64,000 bases of DNA from a virus (taxonomy: Duplodnaviria; Caudoviricetes), in the IMG/VR virus record IMGVR_UViG_2850949226_000003, positions 14,282 through 78,281 of that record; one strand, given 5' to 3'. Both the position numbers and the translations under genes were made by a program. Of this stretch, positions 9,558-18,016 are shown piece after piece. The notes under the pieces were generated by a model. That model had not been told where the DNA came from, did no database searches, and saw nothing but the letters and a program-made list of their open reading frames with translations. Position 1 is the stretch's first letter. Every line of letters begins with the position of its first letter.

Positions 9558-9791
9558 ATGAAGATGAAAGAAGAATACGAACATCCAACACACAGGTTCA
9601 ACAGTAACGGAGAATTGGTCCCTATTCAACCGCCTTTAAGCAGGAAACAGCGCAGGATGATCAAGCAAGTTCAAAAACGCAGAATCAAAAAATTAAAGAA
9701 AGCAAGACTTCAATTAGAGCGGGAGAAGATTAAGTATGACCAAACGGAGAAAGCCAAAACTAAAAGAAAAAATACGGGTAGTGACAGATGA
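9558..9791 (+). CDS. Basic phage hypothetical protein
   Basis: RBS GGAGG; Lys/Arg-rich. Confidence 0.5.
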   Translation: MKMKEEYEHPTHRFNSNGELVPIQPPLSRKQRRMIKQVQKRRIKKLKKARLQLEREKIKYDQTEKAKTKRKNTGSDR

Positions 9792-9916
9792 TTTCGACCA
9801 TCCATTTAAATCAAATACATTGGTCGAGGTAACAGAAATACTGATTATGGTGTTGTTTGGGCGAAGGATAAGTCGGGTATCTTAGGTTGTTTAATTCCTG
9901 ATGATTATGTTTTTGA

Positions 9917-9945
9917 GGACTCTATAGAAAAATAGAGTCCTTTTT
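9917..9945 (+). terminator. Intrinsic terminator
   Basis: GGACTCTAT...ATAGAGTCC then T-run. Confidence 0.75.
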
Positions 9946-10016
9946 ATAACCAATTGGTTGAATTATTATGGTTATAGTGATAATATTCAGATATAAAAAT
10001 AAAGGGAGGAAACTGG

Positions 10017-10763
10017 ATGTTCTTTTTGCATGATATTTGGATTAACTGGATCGAGGGAGCGATTAAAGGGTATCAAGTACCAGAATTCTTCGAATGGCAC
10101 GCTAGTGATGATGTTACTCTTATGGATGTTATACCATTAATAAAAGTTGAGGAAGGGTTCTTCGATTACGTTGAAGATGGGATTAACGAATTGCCGTCTG
10201 ATCTTATGCAATTAGTGAAAAACAGTGCTTGTATGTACAAAAAGAATGAGAAGGTCAATATGAGCGCGTTCGTCATAACAGATGGCAGGAGGATTTTAGC
10301 TGTCGATCCTGTAGATTCGAATTCTCCTTCCAAGAAGAGCAGACTAACTCTTCGTCATGAGCGGAAGATTTTGGAGATGGTCGAAGGAGTAGAGCCTTTG
10401 AAGTTTGAGTACACCCCACTTCCTGAAGGTGATTTTGATTTCTTCAATGCCCCCGAACAGTTTATGTATGGTTTGACGAGGACCGAAAGAGAAGTGAAAT
10501 CTTTGATCTTTGAAGGATTAATTTTAATGTATCCTGATGAGGATATCGCTAAATTAAGATACCTGTATCATGAGTGGGATTATAACAGTATAGATTCGAT
10601 TAATGATTTAGAATTCAAAGACTTAATGGTTAGGTTATTATCGGAGGTTTCAATTGGTTTTCACCAAGGTCATAAAGACCTTGCTAAAGCGATTGCTAAT
10701 ACAGATGATATAATAAATTCAAAGTACAAATATATCATTGAAAGGAAGAACATGATTGGCTAG
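10017..10763 (+). CDS. yjbA: YjbA/MdfA (DUF3603) homologue
   Basis: MFFLHDIWINWIEG, FVITDGRRILAVD, KKSRL, GLTRTERE and YHEW match B. subtilis YjbA as I recall it (MLFLHDVWVNWFEG, FVVTDGIGILAVD, RKSRL, GLTRKERQ, YTEW) over the full length. Confidence 0.8.
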   Translation: MFFLHDIWINWIEGAIKGYQVPEFFEWHASDDVTLMDVIPLIKVEEGFFDYVEDGINELPSDLMQLVKNSACMYKKNEKVNMSAFVITDGRRILAVDPVDSNSPSKKSRLTLRHERKILEMVEGVEPLKFEYTPLPEGDFDFFNAPEQFMYGLTRTEREVKSLIFEGLILMYPDEDIAKLRYLYHEWDYNSIDSINDLEFKDLMVRLLSEVSIGFHQGHKDLAKAIANTDDIINSKYKYIIERKNMIG

Positions 10764-11178
10764 GAAAAGTTGGGATCAATATTTTATGGAGCAAGCAGAA
10801 CTTGTCTCTACCCGCGCGACTTGCGACAGGTTGAAGGTTGGTGCTGTTCTAGTTAAAGATAACAGGATAATTGCTACGGGTTATAACGGTTCTATTTCTG
10901 GTACTGCTCACTGCGATGACGTAGGCCATCTTATGTACGAGAATGGTTGTAAAAGGACAATACATGCGGAGTTTAATGCTATTTTACAATGTGCGAAATA
11001 TGGTGTTGCCGTAGATGGCGCCACGGCTTATGTAACTCATTATCCATGCCCGTCTTGTATGCAAGCTTTAAATCAGGCTGGCATCAAGAGAGTGGTTTAT
11101 AGGTATTTCTATAAGCATAGATACGAAAACGATTTTGATCAAGGGATGGAAGTGGTTCAATTTGAAGGGGATAATTAG
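10756..11178 (+). CDS. dCMP deaminase (ComEB-like)
   Basis: RATCDRLKVGAVLV, TGYNG, HAEFNAI and PCPSC zinc motifs. Confidence 0.9.
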   Translation: MARKSWDQYFMEQAELVSTRATCDRLKVGAVLVKDNRIIATGYNGSISGTAHCDDVGHLMYENGCKRTIHAEFNAILQCAKYGVAVDGATAYVTHYPCPSCMQALNQAGIKRVVYRYFYKHRYENDFDQGMEVVQFEGDN

Positions 11179-11431
11179 AAGAGTCGATGTTTTAGGTAGG
11201 ATTGTATTACCGAAGGCTTTTAGAGAAGCTTGTGGTATTAATTCAGGAGACGAAGTTGAAATCGTTATGAAGGGGAACGGTATTTATCTTCAAAAACACA
11301 ACAGATACGCTAGGTGTGCTATGACGGGGGAAGTTACAGAAGATATCAAGGTATACGGGAACGGAATTTTTTTGAGTCGAAAAGGGCGTGAACAATTATT
11401 GGAGGATTTAAAAAGAGAAGGGGATTCTTGA
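11162..11431 (+). CDS. AbrB/Abh-family transition-state regulator
   Basis: KGIIRRVDVLGRIVLPK...CAMTGEV...LSRKG. Start placed at TTG 11162. Confidence 0.85.
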   Translation: MKGIIRRVDVLGRIVLPKAFREACGINSGDEVEIVMKGNGIYLQKHNRYARCAMTGEVTEDIKVYGNGIFLSRKGREQLLEDLKREGDS

Positions 11432-11456
11432 GAAGCAACCTTTAAAACTAGGTACT
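11429..11456 (+). promoter_or_regulatory. Putative phage-sigma promoter (TGAGA-N19-TACT)
   Basis: Same motif and spacing as copies at 16256, 18395, 21086 and 43646. Confidence 0.4.
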
Positions 11457-11554
11457 GTTATAACCGTATCGATTTGATTTTAACATTATATTAGTTATAA
11501 AATTAAGGTATAAAGATTTGATTTGAACTTCGTGGAAGAAATGGAGGAAACAGA

Positions 11555-11788
11555 ATGAAAGTCAGGGTTAAGGAGTTAAACGAAGATAAAGCGATCTTGG
11601 AAGTTCATACTACCAGTGGAATTAAGGAATTGGTTGTTTCAAGAACGCAATTTGGGCATTCTTATGACGACTTTTCTTCTTGGGATATTTCTGATCAGAA
11701 TTATTACGACTTAGAAGATTTGGTTGATAATGTGATAGCTCGTATGAGTGGAACCGCATCGTCGTTGGAAGTCGAATGGGAGGTTTAA
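11555..11788 (+). CDS. Phage hypothetical protein
   Basis: RBS GGAGG. Confidence 0.6.
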   Translation: MKVRVKELNEDKAILEVHTTSGIKELVVSRTQFGHSYDDFSSWDISDQNYYDLEDLVDNVIARMSGTASSLEVEWEV

Positions 11789-11790
11789 GA

Positions 11791-11988
11791 ATGAAAATTA
11801 TTTCGAGAAAAGAAATGAATGCCGCTGATTTTGCTTCCGAATTGTTTGGGGTTATTCCTATAGGTCAAGCTAAAGAAATTTATCGGAATATTGAACATTA
11901 TACAGAGGCTAAGAAAAACATCATTATTGACCTCTTGAGGGCAAACCCAAGAAAATACATTGCGGCTTTATTAAAATATGACGACTAA
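11791..11988 (+). CDS. Phage hypothetical protein
   Basis: ATG 11791 after GGGAGG; same frame as track ORF 11776..11988. Confidence 0.55.
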   Translation: MKIISRKEMNAADFASELFGVIPIGQAKEIYRNIEHYTEAKKNIIIDLLRANPRKYIAALLKYDD

Positions 11989-12196
11989 AACATTCGATGA
12001 CTTATATGCCGGGGTATATCTGGATGTGGTTCATGACAAGGATTATATCTATTCCTCCGGCTTTGTTGGTTTTTGTAAGGTTTGCAATCGGTTAACCCGT
12101 TGGACATCGATCCTATATGGGTGCTACGCATGTAGTGAGGAATGTATAAGGCATCTCGATAGGAGTGGGTATTTTGATTTCATGGAAAGTGATTAG
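11978..12196 (+). CDS. Small Cys-rich (Zn-finger-like) protein
   Basis: CKVC...CSEEC motif; overlaps neighbours. Confidence 0.55.
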   Translation: MTTKTFDDLYAGVYLDVVHDKDYIYSSGFVGFCKVCNRLTRWTSILYGCYACSEECIRHLDRSGYFDFMESD

Positions 12197-12575
12197 GGAT
12201 GATGCTGTTGTATTCGAGGGACCTATTGAACTTGCAGTATTGCACTTGAAACAATTTGGAGAGAAATTCAAACTAAAAGTCTTTATAAAAGAAATGGAGA
12301 TATATGTTGTTGATTCGAAAGTCGAAGTAAGCAGATCAGAGCTTATAAAACAAGGTATGAAGAGAAAACAAATAGAAAAATTCAGGAAGTACAAGGGTTT
12401 CGTTAACGACCCCGGTTATAAATTCTGTACCCATTGCAAATTGAGCAAACCCTTAGATGCTTTTGGTTTCAGGTCTAATAGCGAAGACGGCAGAGCAAGG
12501 CAATGCCGCGAGTGCGTGAATAAAAAGGCAAAGAAGTATAGGAATCGCAGAACGAGGAAGGAAGAAGAAAAGTGA
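12189..12575 (+). CDS. Protein with C-terminal CxxC...CxxC Zn finger
   Basis: KFCTHCKLSKPLDAF...DGRARQCREC, a treble-clef-like motif common in phage DNA-binding/endonuclease proteins. Start uncertain. Confidence 0.6.
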   Translation: MIRDDAVVFEGPIELAVLHLKQFGEKFKLKVFIKEMEIYVVDSKVEVSRSELIKQGMKRKQIEKFRKYKGFVNDPGYKFCTHCKLSKPLDAFGFRSNSEDGRARQCRECVNKKAKKYRNRRTRKEEEK

Positions 12576-12883
12576 AATTGCAGAATGTATTGGAAAAGTT
12601 TAAACAGCAGGGAAATTATGCAGTGTCTCTTTTTTATGGTGAAGGTATGGGGTGCGACGATTTAGGTGTTCCGCAAGAAGAGAGAAAGATTCAAATAGTC
12701 ATGCACCCGGTTGGATATTTAGGTGGTGTCAGGAAGTTGGTTGTAACTAATTTGAAGGAATTAGAGGATTTTGATTTTGAGCAAAAACCTAAAGTTATCA
12801 GTAACCCACCGGAAACCCATGAGTATTCAGAAAATGGAGTTTATATTTGGGGAACAGAAGAGGCGATTAAAAAGTTTGTTTAA
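12572..12883 (+). CDS. Phage hypothetical protein
   Basis: GTGA overlap with upstream gene. Confidence 0.6.
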   Translation: MKLQNVLEKFKQQGNYAVSLFYGEGMGCDDLGVPQEERKIQIVMHPVGYLGGVRKLVVTNLKELEDFDFEQKPKVISNPPETHEYSENGVYIWGTEEAIKKFV

Positions 12884-12982
12884 CGATCGATGTATAGCTT
12901 CGAGGACGCCTTCGCCAACACAACCGTTTGATCTTTGATTGGTCAAGGCGTTCAGTTAGTAGTGATAAAAGGAGGATGCCTT

Positions 12983-13765
12983 GTGGGTGATAAGGTAATC
13001 AGAGCTTCGGACAATGAAGAAGTAAAATATGACATTATCGATTTTAAGAAACTCACAACGGTCATGAAAAGGTTTTTGGGTAGCAAAAAATCTGATCCGG
13101 AAGTAACGAAGTGGTATAAGGTAGAAGATGGTCTTCATTTTATGGCGACAACATTAGGGTCTGCGGTTTACATTCTTTTCAAAAACAAATATGCCGGTAC
13201 TTTTAATAAAGCGACTGGAAAAGACTTCTTTGTGAAACCTTTATCTAACGGAAAACAAGAGGAAGTTGAAGCCATCCCTGAATTAGAAATTGTTACTGAA
13301 GGAAAGAAAAAAATTGAAAGACCTACAGGAAGGACACTTGAATATCCTGATGTAGTTGGTCTGTTTAATAGTTTTAATTTTAATGATTTTCATAAAGTTG
13401 AAATAGATGTAGATGACACTGATGATTTTATTTCGGTTCATGAAGCGATGTCGAAAGCATCGAAGGTAGGCGGACCGCATAATACAGCCAAGATGAAAAT
13501 TGAGAGTAATGAGCTATTATTAAAACTTCATGATTCTCCGATTGATTTTGAATTCAAATACAAAATAAAAAGTGATAATCGATTTTGTTTTGGGGATTAT
13601 CATTATGATTTTGATTTAATGACAGCAATATTCAAATCGTTAAAGGACCTAAAACCTTACAAAATCGAAATGTATGTAAGAGATATTGACCATCCCATCC
13701 TATTTGTCGGTGAATCAACTGACTATAACTTTAACTTTGCAATTCAAAGGATATTAGTTAGATAG
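12983..13765 (+). CDS. Beta-sliding-clamp-like protein (two domains only)
   Basis: GTG after AAGGAGG. LHFMAT, EYPDV, KMKIESNELLL and IEMYVRDIDHPILF...FNFAIQRI parallel DnaN domains II-III. Confidence 0.5.
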   Translation: MGDKVIRASDNEEVKYDIIDFKKLTTVMKRFLGSKKSDPEVTKWYKVEDGLHFMATTLGSAVYILFKNKYAGTFNKATGKDFFVKPLSNGKQEEVEAIPELEIVTEGKKKIERPTGRTLEYPDVVGLFNSFNFNDFHKVEIDVDDTDDFISVHEAMSKASKVGGPHNTAKMKIESNELLLKLHDSPIDFEFKYKIKSDNRFCFGDYHYDFDLMTAIFKSLKDLKPYKIEMYVRDIDHPILFVGESTDYNFNFAIQRILVR

Positions 13766-13771
13766 GAGAGT

Positions 13772-14263
13772 ATGATGAAAATGACACCGGGTGTAGGCGA
13801 TTATGTCGAAGTGTTGGGGTGTTCTTATGGCGGCAGGGACATTTTTATCGGAAAGACTGGTGAAATTGTGGAGATCAACAAAGACCGTTCGCCAGCTATA
13901 TATAAAGTGAGAGTTAGATTTGAATGGATTAATCAAGTGTGGTGGTTTAAGTCATCCGAATTGAGGGTTCTTAAAAAAGGTTTGGAAACAATCCCAACTA
14001 AGTTGAATAGTCGTTATGTGGCAAAAGCTTTTTGGATTGGCCACAAGAAAATGATGGAAGAGAAAGTGAAACAATTAGAGGAAGATTGCAAAAAGGTCGG
14101 AAGAGAAATGTTGCTTGCTCTTTGTGATGGCAGTTTCAATATAGAGGACGCTATTTATTGGCACGAACAATGCAAAGAATTATTTGAGATGTACACCGGA
14201 TACAAGGAGAAGTTAGAAAAAGCTAAAGGGGTAGTTGGTGCCGAAGATGAAAAACTCAACTAA
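13772..14263 (+). CDS. Phage protein with N-terminal SH3/KOW-like beta domain
   Basis: GVGDYVEV...IGKTGEIVEI...YKVRV; RBS AGGAG. Confidence 0.6.
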   Translation: MMKMTPGVGDYVEVLGCSYGGRDIFIGKTGEIVEINKDRSPAIYKVRVRFEWINQVWWFKSSELRVLKKGLETIPTKLNSRYVAKAFWIGHKKMMEEKVKQLEEDCKKVGREMLLALCDGSFNIEDAIYWHEQCKELFEMYTGYKEKLEKAKGVVGAEDEKLN

Positions 14264-14939
14264 GATGATGGAGCTATTCAAGAGTAAACCGATCTTTGAA
14301 GAGCTTGCGGAATTGAGGTTAAAAATCGCAACGACAGATGATTTAAAAATAAAGGGCGAATTGGAATTGTATGAAGATCGTATCCGTGAGTTCTCCGTTT
14401 CTTTATTGAAAAGGGTTAAAGCGAGAGAGAACGGGGCATTTGAAGAATTAATGAGTCTCAAGGATATGAAGAATTTTCTTCATTTTTACGCTTACCATAT
14501 CAGGGATTACCATAAATTTAGGTACAGCAAACAAAACGTTCTCCACGAAATCAGATTTCAAATATTTTACCACGTAGTAAACAATTATCGCATTTATAAT
14601 GAACCTCACGAAATCAGCCTATTAATCACAAGTATGAGGAACTGGATCAGACAGAAGGTTAGTGCCGCATTAAAAAACACATACAATCCGAAGGACGATG
14701 AGAAATTAGATCAAGTTTTTTTAGTAGGGGATGCGACGGATGATACAGAGGTTCTTGTGCGGGATCTAATTGACAGATACCTCGATAGAGAGGAAAAAAT
14801 TGTTTTTGAGTTGAAATTCTTTGAAGAGAGAGGCTTCGTGGAAATCGGAAAATTCATAGGAGCTTCGAAAGATACCGCCCAAAGAAGATACAAAAAAGCT
14901 TTAAATAAATTGAGTAAAATATTGTCGAAAGAGTTATAA
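14247..14939 (+). CDS. Sigma-70-family region 4 protein (phage sigma-like factor)
   Basis: LDREEKIVFELKFFEERGFVEIGKFIGASKDTAQRRYKKALNKL HTH; RVKARENGAFEELM resembles the region 2 lead-in. Confidence 0.7.
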   Translation: MKNSTKMMELFKSKPIFEELAELRLKIATTDDLKIKGELELYEDRIREFSVSLLKRVKARENGAFEELMSLKDMKNFLHFYAYHIRDYHKFRYSKQNVLHEIRFQIFYHVVNNYRIYNEPHEISLLITSMRNWIRQKVSAALKNTYNPKDDEKLDQVFLVGDATDDTEVLVRDLIDRYLDREEKIVFELKFFEERGFVEIGKFIGASKDTAQRRYKKALNKLSKILSKEL

Positions 14940-14952
14940 GGAGGACGTATAA

Positions 14953-15450
14953 GTGCGATTAACTAAATTGTTCGAAATACAACGTAAATTAGATAGGCGT
15001 ATTGTCGTGGAAAAGGGACTTGAGCGGCAAGACCTCTTGTGGAATAAAATATTAGCTTTGCAAGTTGAATTGGCAGAATTGGCTCAAGAAGTACAGGACG
15101 AATGGAAGTTTTGGAAAACAAACTTCAAAAGATGTTCCGGCAAAATATTAGAAGAGTATTGTGATTGTTTACATTTTGTTTTGAGCATTGGAATTGAACA
15201 TGGATTCGATAAACATGCAGATGGATTGGTAATTGACTCTATTGAATGTCCGAATATGGTGTTCCAAATCTCCGAGCTGATGCAATGCAATTGGTACTTG
15301 TACGAGGAAGGAGATGACGGAGACTACCATGAAGGTTTTGAGCTGTTTTTAGGTCTAGGAAAAATGTTGGGGTTTACGTGGGAAGAAGTGGAGAAAGCAT
15401 ACTTAGAAAAGAATAAAATCAACCACAAAAGACAAGATCAAGGATATTGA
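14953..15450 (+). CDS. Dimeric dUTPase (dUTPase_2 family)
   Basis: ALQVELAELAQE, WKFWK, LEEYCDCLHF, AYLEKNKINHKRQDQGY. Confidence 0.9.
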   Translation: MRLTKLFEIQRKLDRRIVVEKGLERQDLLWNKILALQVELAELAQEVQDEWKFWKTNFKRCSGKILEEYCDCLHFVLSIGIEHGFDKHADGLVIDSIECPNMVFQISELMQCNWYLYEEGDDGDYHEGFELFLGLGKMLGFTWEEVEKAYLEKNKINHKRQDQGY

Positions 15451-15475
15451 TAAAGATTAACCTTCTAACTTTTTA

Positions 15476-15504
15476 TTGAAAACACGTTTATATCCAGTTA
15501 TAAT
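15476..15504 (+). promoter_or_regulatory. SigA-type promoter of the rsfA-like gene
   Basis: TTGAAA-17-TATAAT. Confidence 0.7.
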
Positions 15505-15548
15505 CGGTTATAAAGTGAGTAAGACGATAAAAGGTTAGGAGGTTCTTT

Positions 15549-16193
15549 ATGTCTGAAAAGCATAACAATCTTCAGGGCGAAGTATGGACCGATGATGACG
15601 ATATTCAATTAGCTGAAACGGTGTTGAGGAGGGTTAGACAAGGAGATTCCGTAATTGATGCTTGCCGCGAGTTTGAAGAAGCCACAAAAGGCAGACGAAC
15701 ATCATCAGCTTCTAAATTCAGATGGCACACAAAATTAAAAGAACGATATGCTGGCGCTTACGAATTAGCCAGAAGGGAAGGGAAGAAAACAAGAGATTAT
15801 AAACGCCGAAAAGTAAACCAAGGCGAACGCTATCAAGATTTGTTGGAAAACGTTTTGGACAAGGATAGTGACAGAGAGATCACTATTGATGATATTTTGA
15901 TTTTAGTCAAAAAATACAAAGAACAAAGTGAAGACAAAGTTAGTGAATATGAACGTTATGAAAAAGAAACCGATAAACTCCGCAGAGAAATCGAAAAGCT
16001 CAAAAAAGAGTTGAAAGATGAACGTTTAGAAAAGAAACAAATGAAAGAAGCTTTAATTGAGGTTGATCGCAACTACAAAAAACTATTGGATGCTCTCAAA
16101 GTTCTGAAGGAAGCCGGAATTCAAATCAATGTTCCCGAACCTGAATCATTCGAATATATAGTCAATAAAGATGGTACTGTAGAAAAAATGTAA
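15549..16193 (+). CDS. RsfA/YlbO(GerR)-family transcriptional regulator
   Basis: WTDDDDIQLAETVLRRVRQG...RTSSASKFRW Myb-like N-terminus plus coiled coil. Confidence 0.85.
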   Translation: MSEKHNNLQGEVWTDDDDIQLAETVLRRVRQGDSVIDACREFEEATKGRRTSSASKFRWHTKLKERYAGAYELARREGKKTRDYKRRKVNQGERYQDLLENVLDKDSDREITIDDILILVKKYKEQSEDKVSEYERYEKETDKLRREIEKLKKELKDERLEKKQMKEALIEVDRNYKKLLDALKVLKEAGIQINVPEPESFEYIVNKDGTVEKM

Positions 16194-16211
16194 ATATACG
16201 CTCCGACGCAA

Positions 16212-16238
16212 AATCGCCTATTTTTGGGCGGTTTTTTT
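16212..16238 (+). terminator. Intrinsic terminator
   Basis: AATCGCCTA-tttt-TGGGCGGTT then T-run. Confidence 0.75.
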
Positions 16239-16255
16239 GTTTTCTTTTAAAAACA

Positions 16256-16288
16256 TGAGATCAGATACGTTTTAGAGGTACTAATGTT
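16256..16288 (+). promoter_or_regulatory. Putative phage late promoter TGAGA-N18-TACTAATGTT
   Basis: Sits just after a terminator; motif recurs at other operon starts. Confidence 0.55.
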
Positions 16289-16321
16289 TCATGAATGCAA
16301 AAGAAAAGGGAGGATATTCGG

Positions 16322-16600
16322 GTGAGTCGTATCAATAAAACCAAAGAAGATAAATTCAAAGACTCGTTAAAGTCATGGGGGCCTGAAGAAACTCGTCCTT
16401 TTATTCGTGAAAAAGAGGACCTCGTGAGAGATGCGTTTGATTATAAGAGAAAGTACGACAAAATCAAAAGAGAAAGAGATGAGGTGGCGAAAATTACAGG
16501 TGATTCTTTAGAGAACATCAATATTTGGTCATCTCGTGGATTGGAAAGTCAATCAGGACCTATAAAGGACTGGACACCGATAAAGAAGGAGGAAGAATGA
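16322..16600 (+). CDS. Phage hypothetical protein
   Basis: GTG after GGGAGG; ATGA overlap with next gene. Confidence 0.6.
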   Translation: MSRINKTKEDKFKDSLKSWGPEETRPFIREKEDLVRDAFDYKRKYDKIKRERDEVAKITGDSLENINIWSSRGLESQSGPIKDWTPIKKEEE

Positions 16601-17157
16601 TGGAATGGTTAAAATGGCAAAGTAAAATCCTTGAACAAGATGATCTGGATATCTTTGAAGTCATTGCTACTAGAGGAGCGGGGAAAACCACCTTCTCTTT
16701 AGGCTGGGTGACTAAAGACGCGGATATTTCTATTTTTATTACAAAGAATGCTTCGATGATCAGAAAAAAACTCAAAGAAAATATCAAGACTTTAGATTTT
16801 AATTTAAATGAATTTCATGTAATATCCAACTTAAAGCAATTAAGAAAGCTAAATACAAACCCTAAAAAGAATATCAGGATAGTTGTTGATGAATACTTTT
16901 ATCAGCCAGAAATCACTTTAGATTCGCTTGATCGTATCTTAGGACACAAAAAATATAAAGCTTTATTTATAGGAACAAGAAGAACAAAAGAAGACAAATT
17001 TAAAATTCCTTTTAGTAAACAATATATAGTCGATATTATTCAACTCATAAGCGATCAAGTGATTTCGCCGGCACAACTCATTGACATTCTGAATAAAGGA
17101 ATGTTGGATTTAGAGCAATTTTATATCGAATTCGGTGCTCCTTTCGAAGCGAATTAG
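16597..17157 (+). CDS. Truncated terminase-like P-loop ATPase domain
   Basis: WQSKIL...ATRGAGKTT (Walker A), IVVDE (Walker B), C-terminal EQFYIEFGAPF; no nuclease domain. Confidence 0.55.
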   Translation: MMEWLKWQSKILEQDDLDIFEVIATRGAGKTTFSLGWVTKDADISIFITKNASMIRKKLKENIKTLDFNLNEFHVISNLKQLRKLNTNPKKNIRIVVDEYFYQPEITLDSLDRILGHKKYKALFIGTRRTKEDKFKIPFSKQYIVDIIQLISDQVISPAQLIDILNKGMLDLEQFYIEFGAPFEAN

Positions 17158-17179
17158 TCATAAGGAGTTGGTATAATAG

Positions 17180-17953
17180 ATGGATTTAATTTACAAGAAA
17201 GGTACTGTCATTGGGAAGCCGGATGAATTGAGGGTATATCTTTTGAATGATCTTCATTTCGGTTCTGAAGCTGTTGATTATGAGCTTTGGGAAAGGATCA
17301 AACAAGACATTAGAGAAAATAGGCACAGGTCAAGGATTTTAATTAATGGTGATATCATCGAAGGAGTAACCAGACAATCTAAAGGCGATATCTACAAGCA
17401 ACGAATGTCACCAAAGGAACAGGTCGATTTTGCAGTTAGTGAATTTTATGAATTTCGTGATTTGATCGATGCTGTAAACAGTGGTAATCACGATCAAAGA
17501 ATCAAAAACGAAACAAGCTTTGATCCTATCGAGACGTTTTGCAAGGATTTGGGTATACTTGATAAGTACCTGGAGTATGAAGGTATAATCGCTTATAGCT
17601 GGAATAAGTGTTTTTATTCTATTCAAATGCACCACGGATCGGGTGGAGCTTCGACTACTGCTGGTATCATTAACAAAATGAAAAAGATGAGAAAATCCAA
17701 TTGTACTGTGACCTATATCGCTCATCACCACAGGGAAGTTGCTGAACCTTTTATCGAATATTACATTGACCCATTCAATCATAAGTTGCACAAACGAAAG
17801 CATTGGTTCATTTGTGGTAACACAATCACAAAACATGCGGAATACGCAAAGAAATTCGCATATGAAGAGAAATTCCCCTCCCAAGCTGTATTGTTGTTGT
17901 CGGGGAATAGGAAGAACAGGTCGGTTGAAGTTGAGTGGATAAGAAGCATGTAA
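17180..17953 (+). CDS. Calcineurin-like metallophosphoesterase
   Basis: NDLHFG, NGDIIE, SGNHD, HHG and AHHH motifs. Confidence 0.85.
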   Translation: MDLIYKKGTVIGKPDELRVYLLNDLHFGSEAVDYELWERIKQDIRENRHRSRILINGDIIEGVTRQSKGDIYKQRMSPKEQVDFAVSEFYEFRDLIDAVNSGNHDQRIKNETSFDPIETFCKDLGILDKYLEYEGIIAYSWNKCFYSIQMHHGSGGASTTAGIINKMKKMRKSNCTVTYIAHHHREVAEPFIEYYIDPFNHKLHKRKHWFICGNTITKHAEYAKKFAYEEKFPSQAVLLLSGNRKNRSVEVEWIRSM

Positions 17954-17985
17954 AGTTAGGTTATAAAGAAGGGCTAGATAAAAGA

Positions 17986-18016
17986 ACACCGTTCAAAAAA
18001 GAACGGTGCTTTTTTT
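17986..18016. terminator. Probable bidirectional terminator between convergent genes
   Basis: CACCGTTC-aaaaaa-GAACGGTG flanked by A- and T-runs. Confidence 0.7.

Noticed and set aside
9737-9935. Apparent gene MTKRRKPK...VEVTE / TDYGVVWAK...EDSIEK broken near 9838
   Set aside because: Looks frameshifted in an A-run, and the printed line at 9781 reads one base short to me, so the frame cannot be fixed. With the G-run indels near 7196 and 9233, homopolymer sequencing error is as likely as biology.
17408-17989. 193-aa minus-strand ORF and similar antisense ORFs inside TMP, tail and RNR genes
   Set aside because: Overlap well-supported genes on the other strand; no motifs or RBS.
17984-17994. 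GAACACCGTTC as a LexA (Cheo) box
   Set aside because: Spacer is 3 nt rather than 4, and it is one arm of a terminator.
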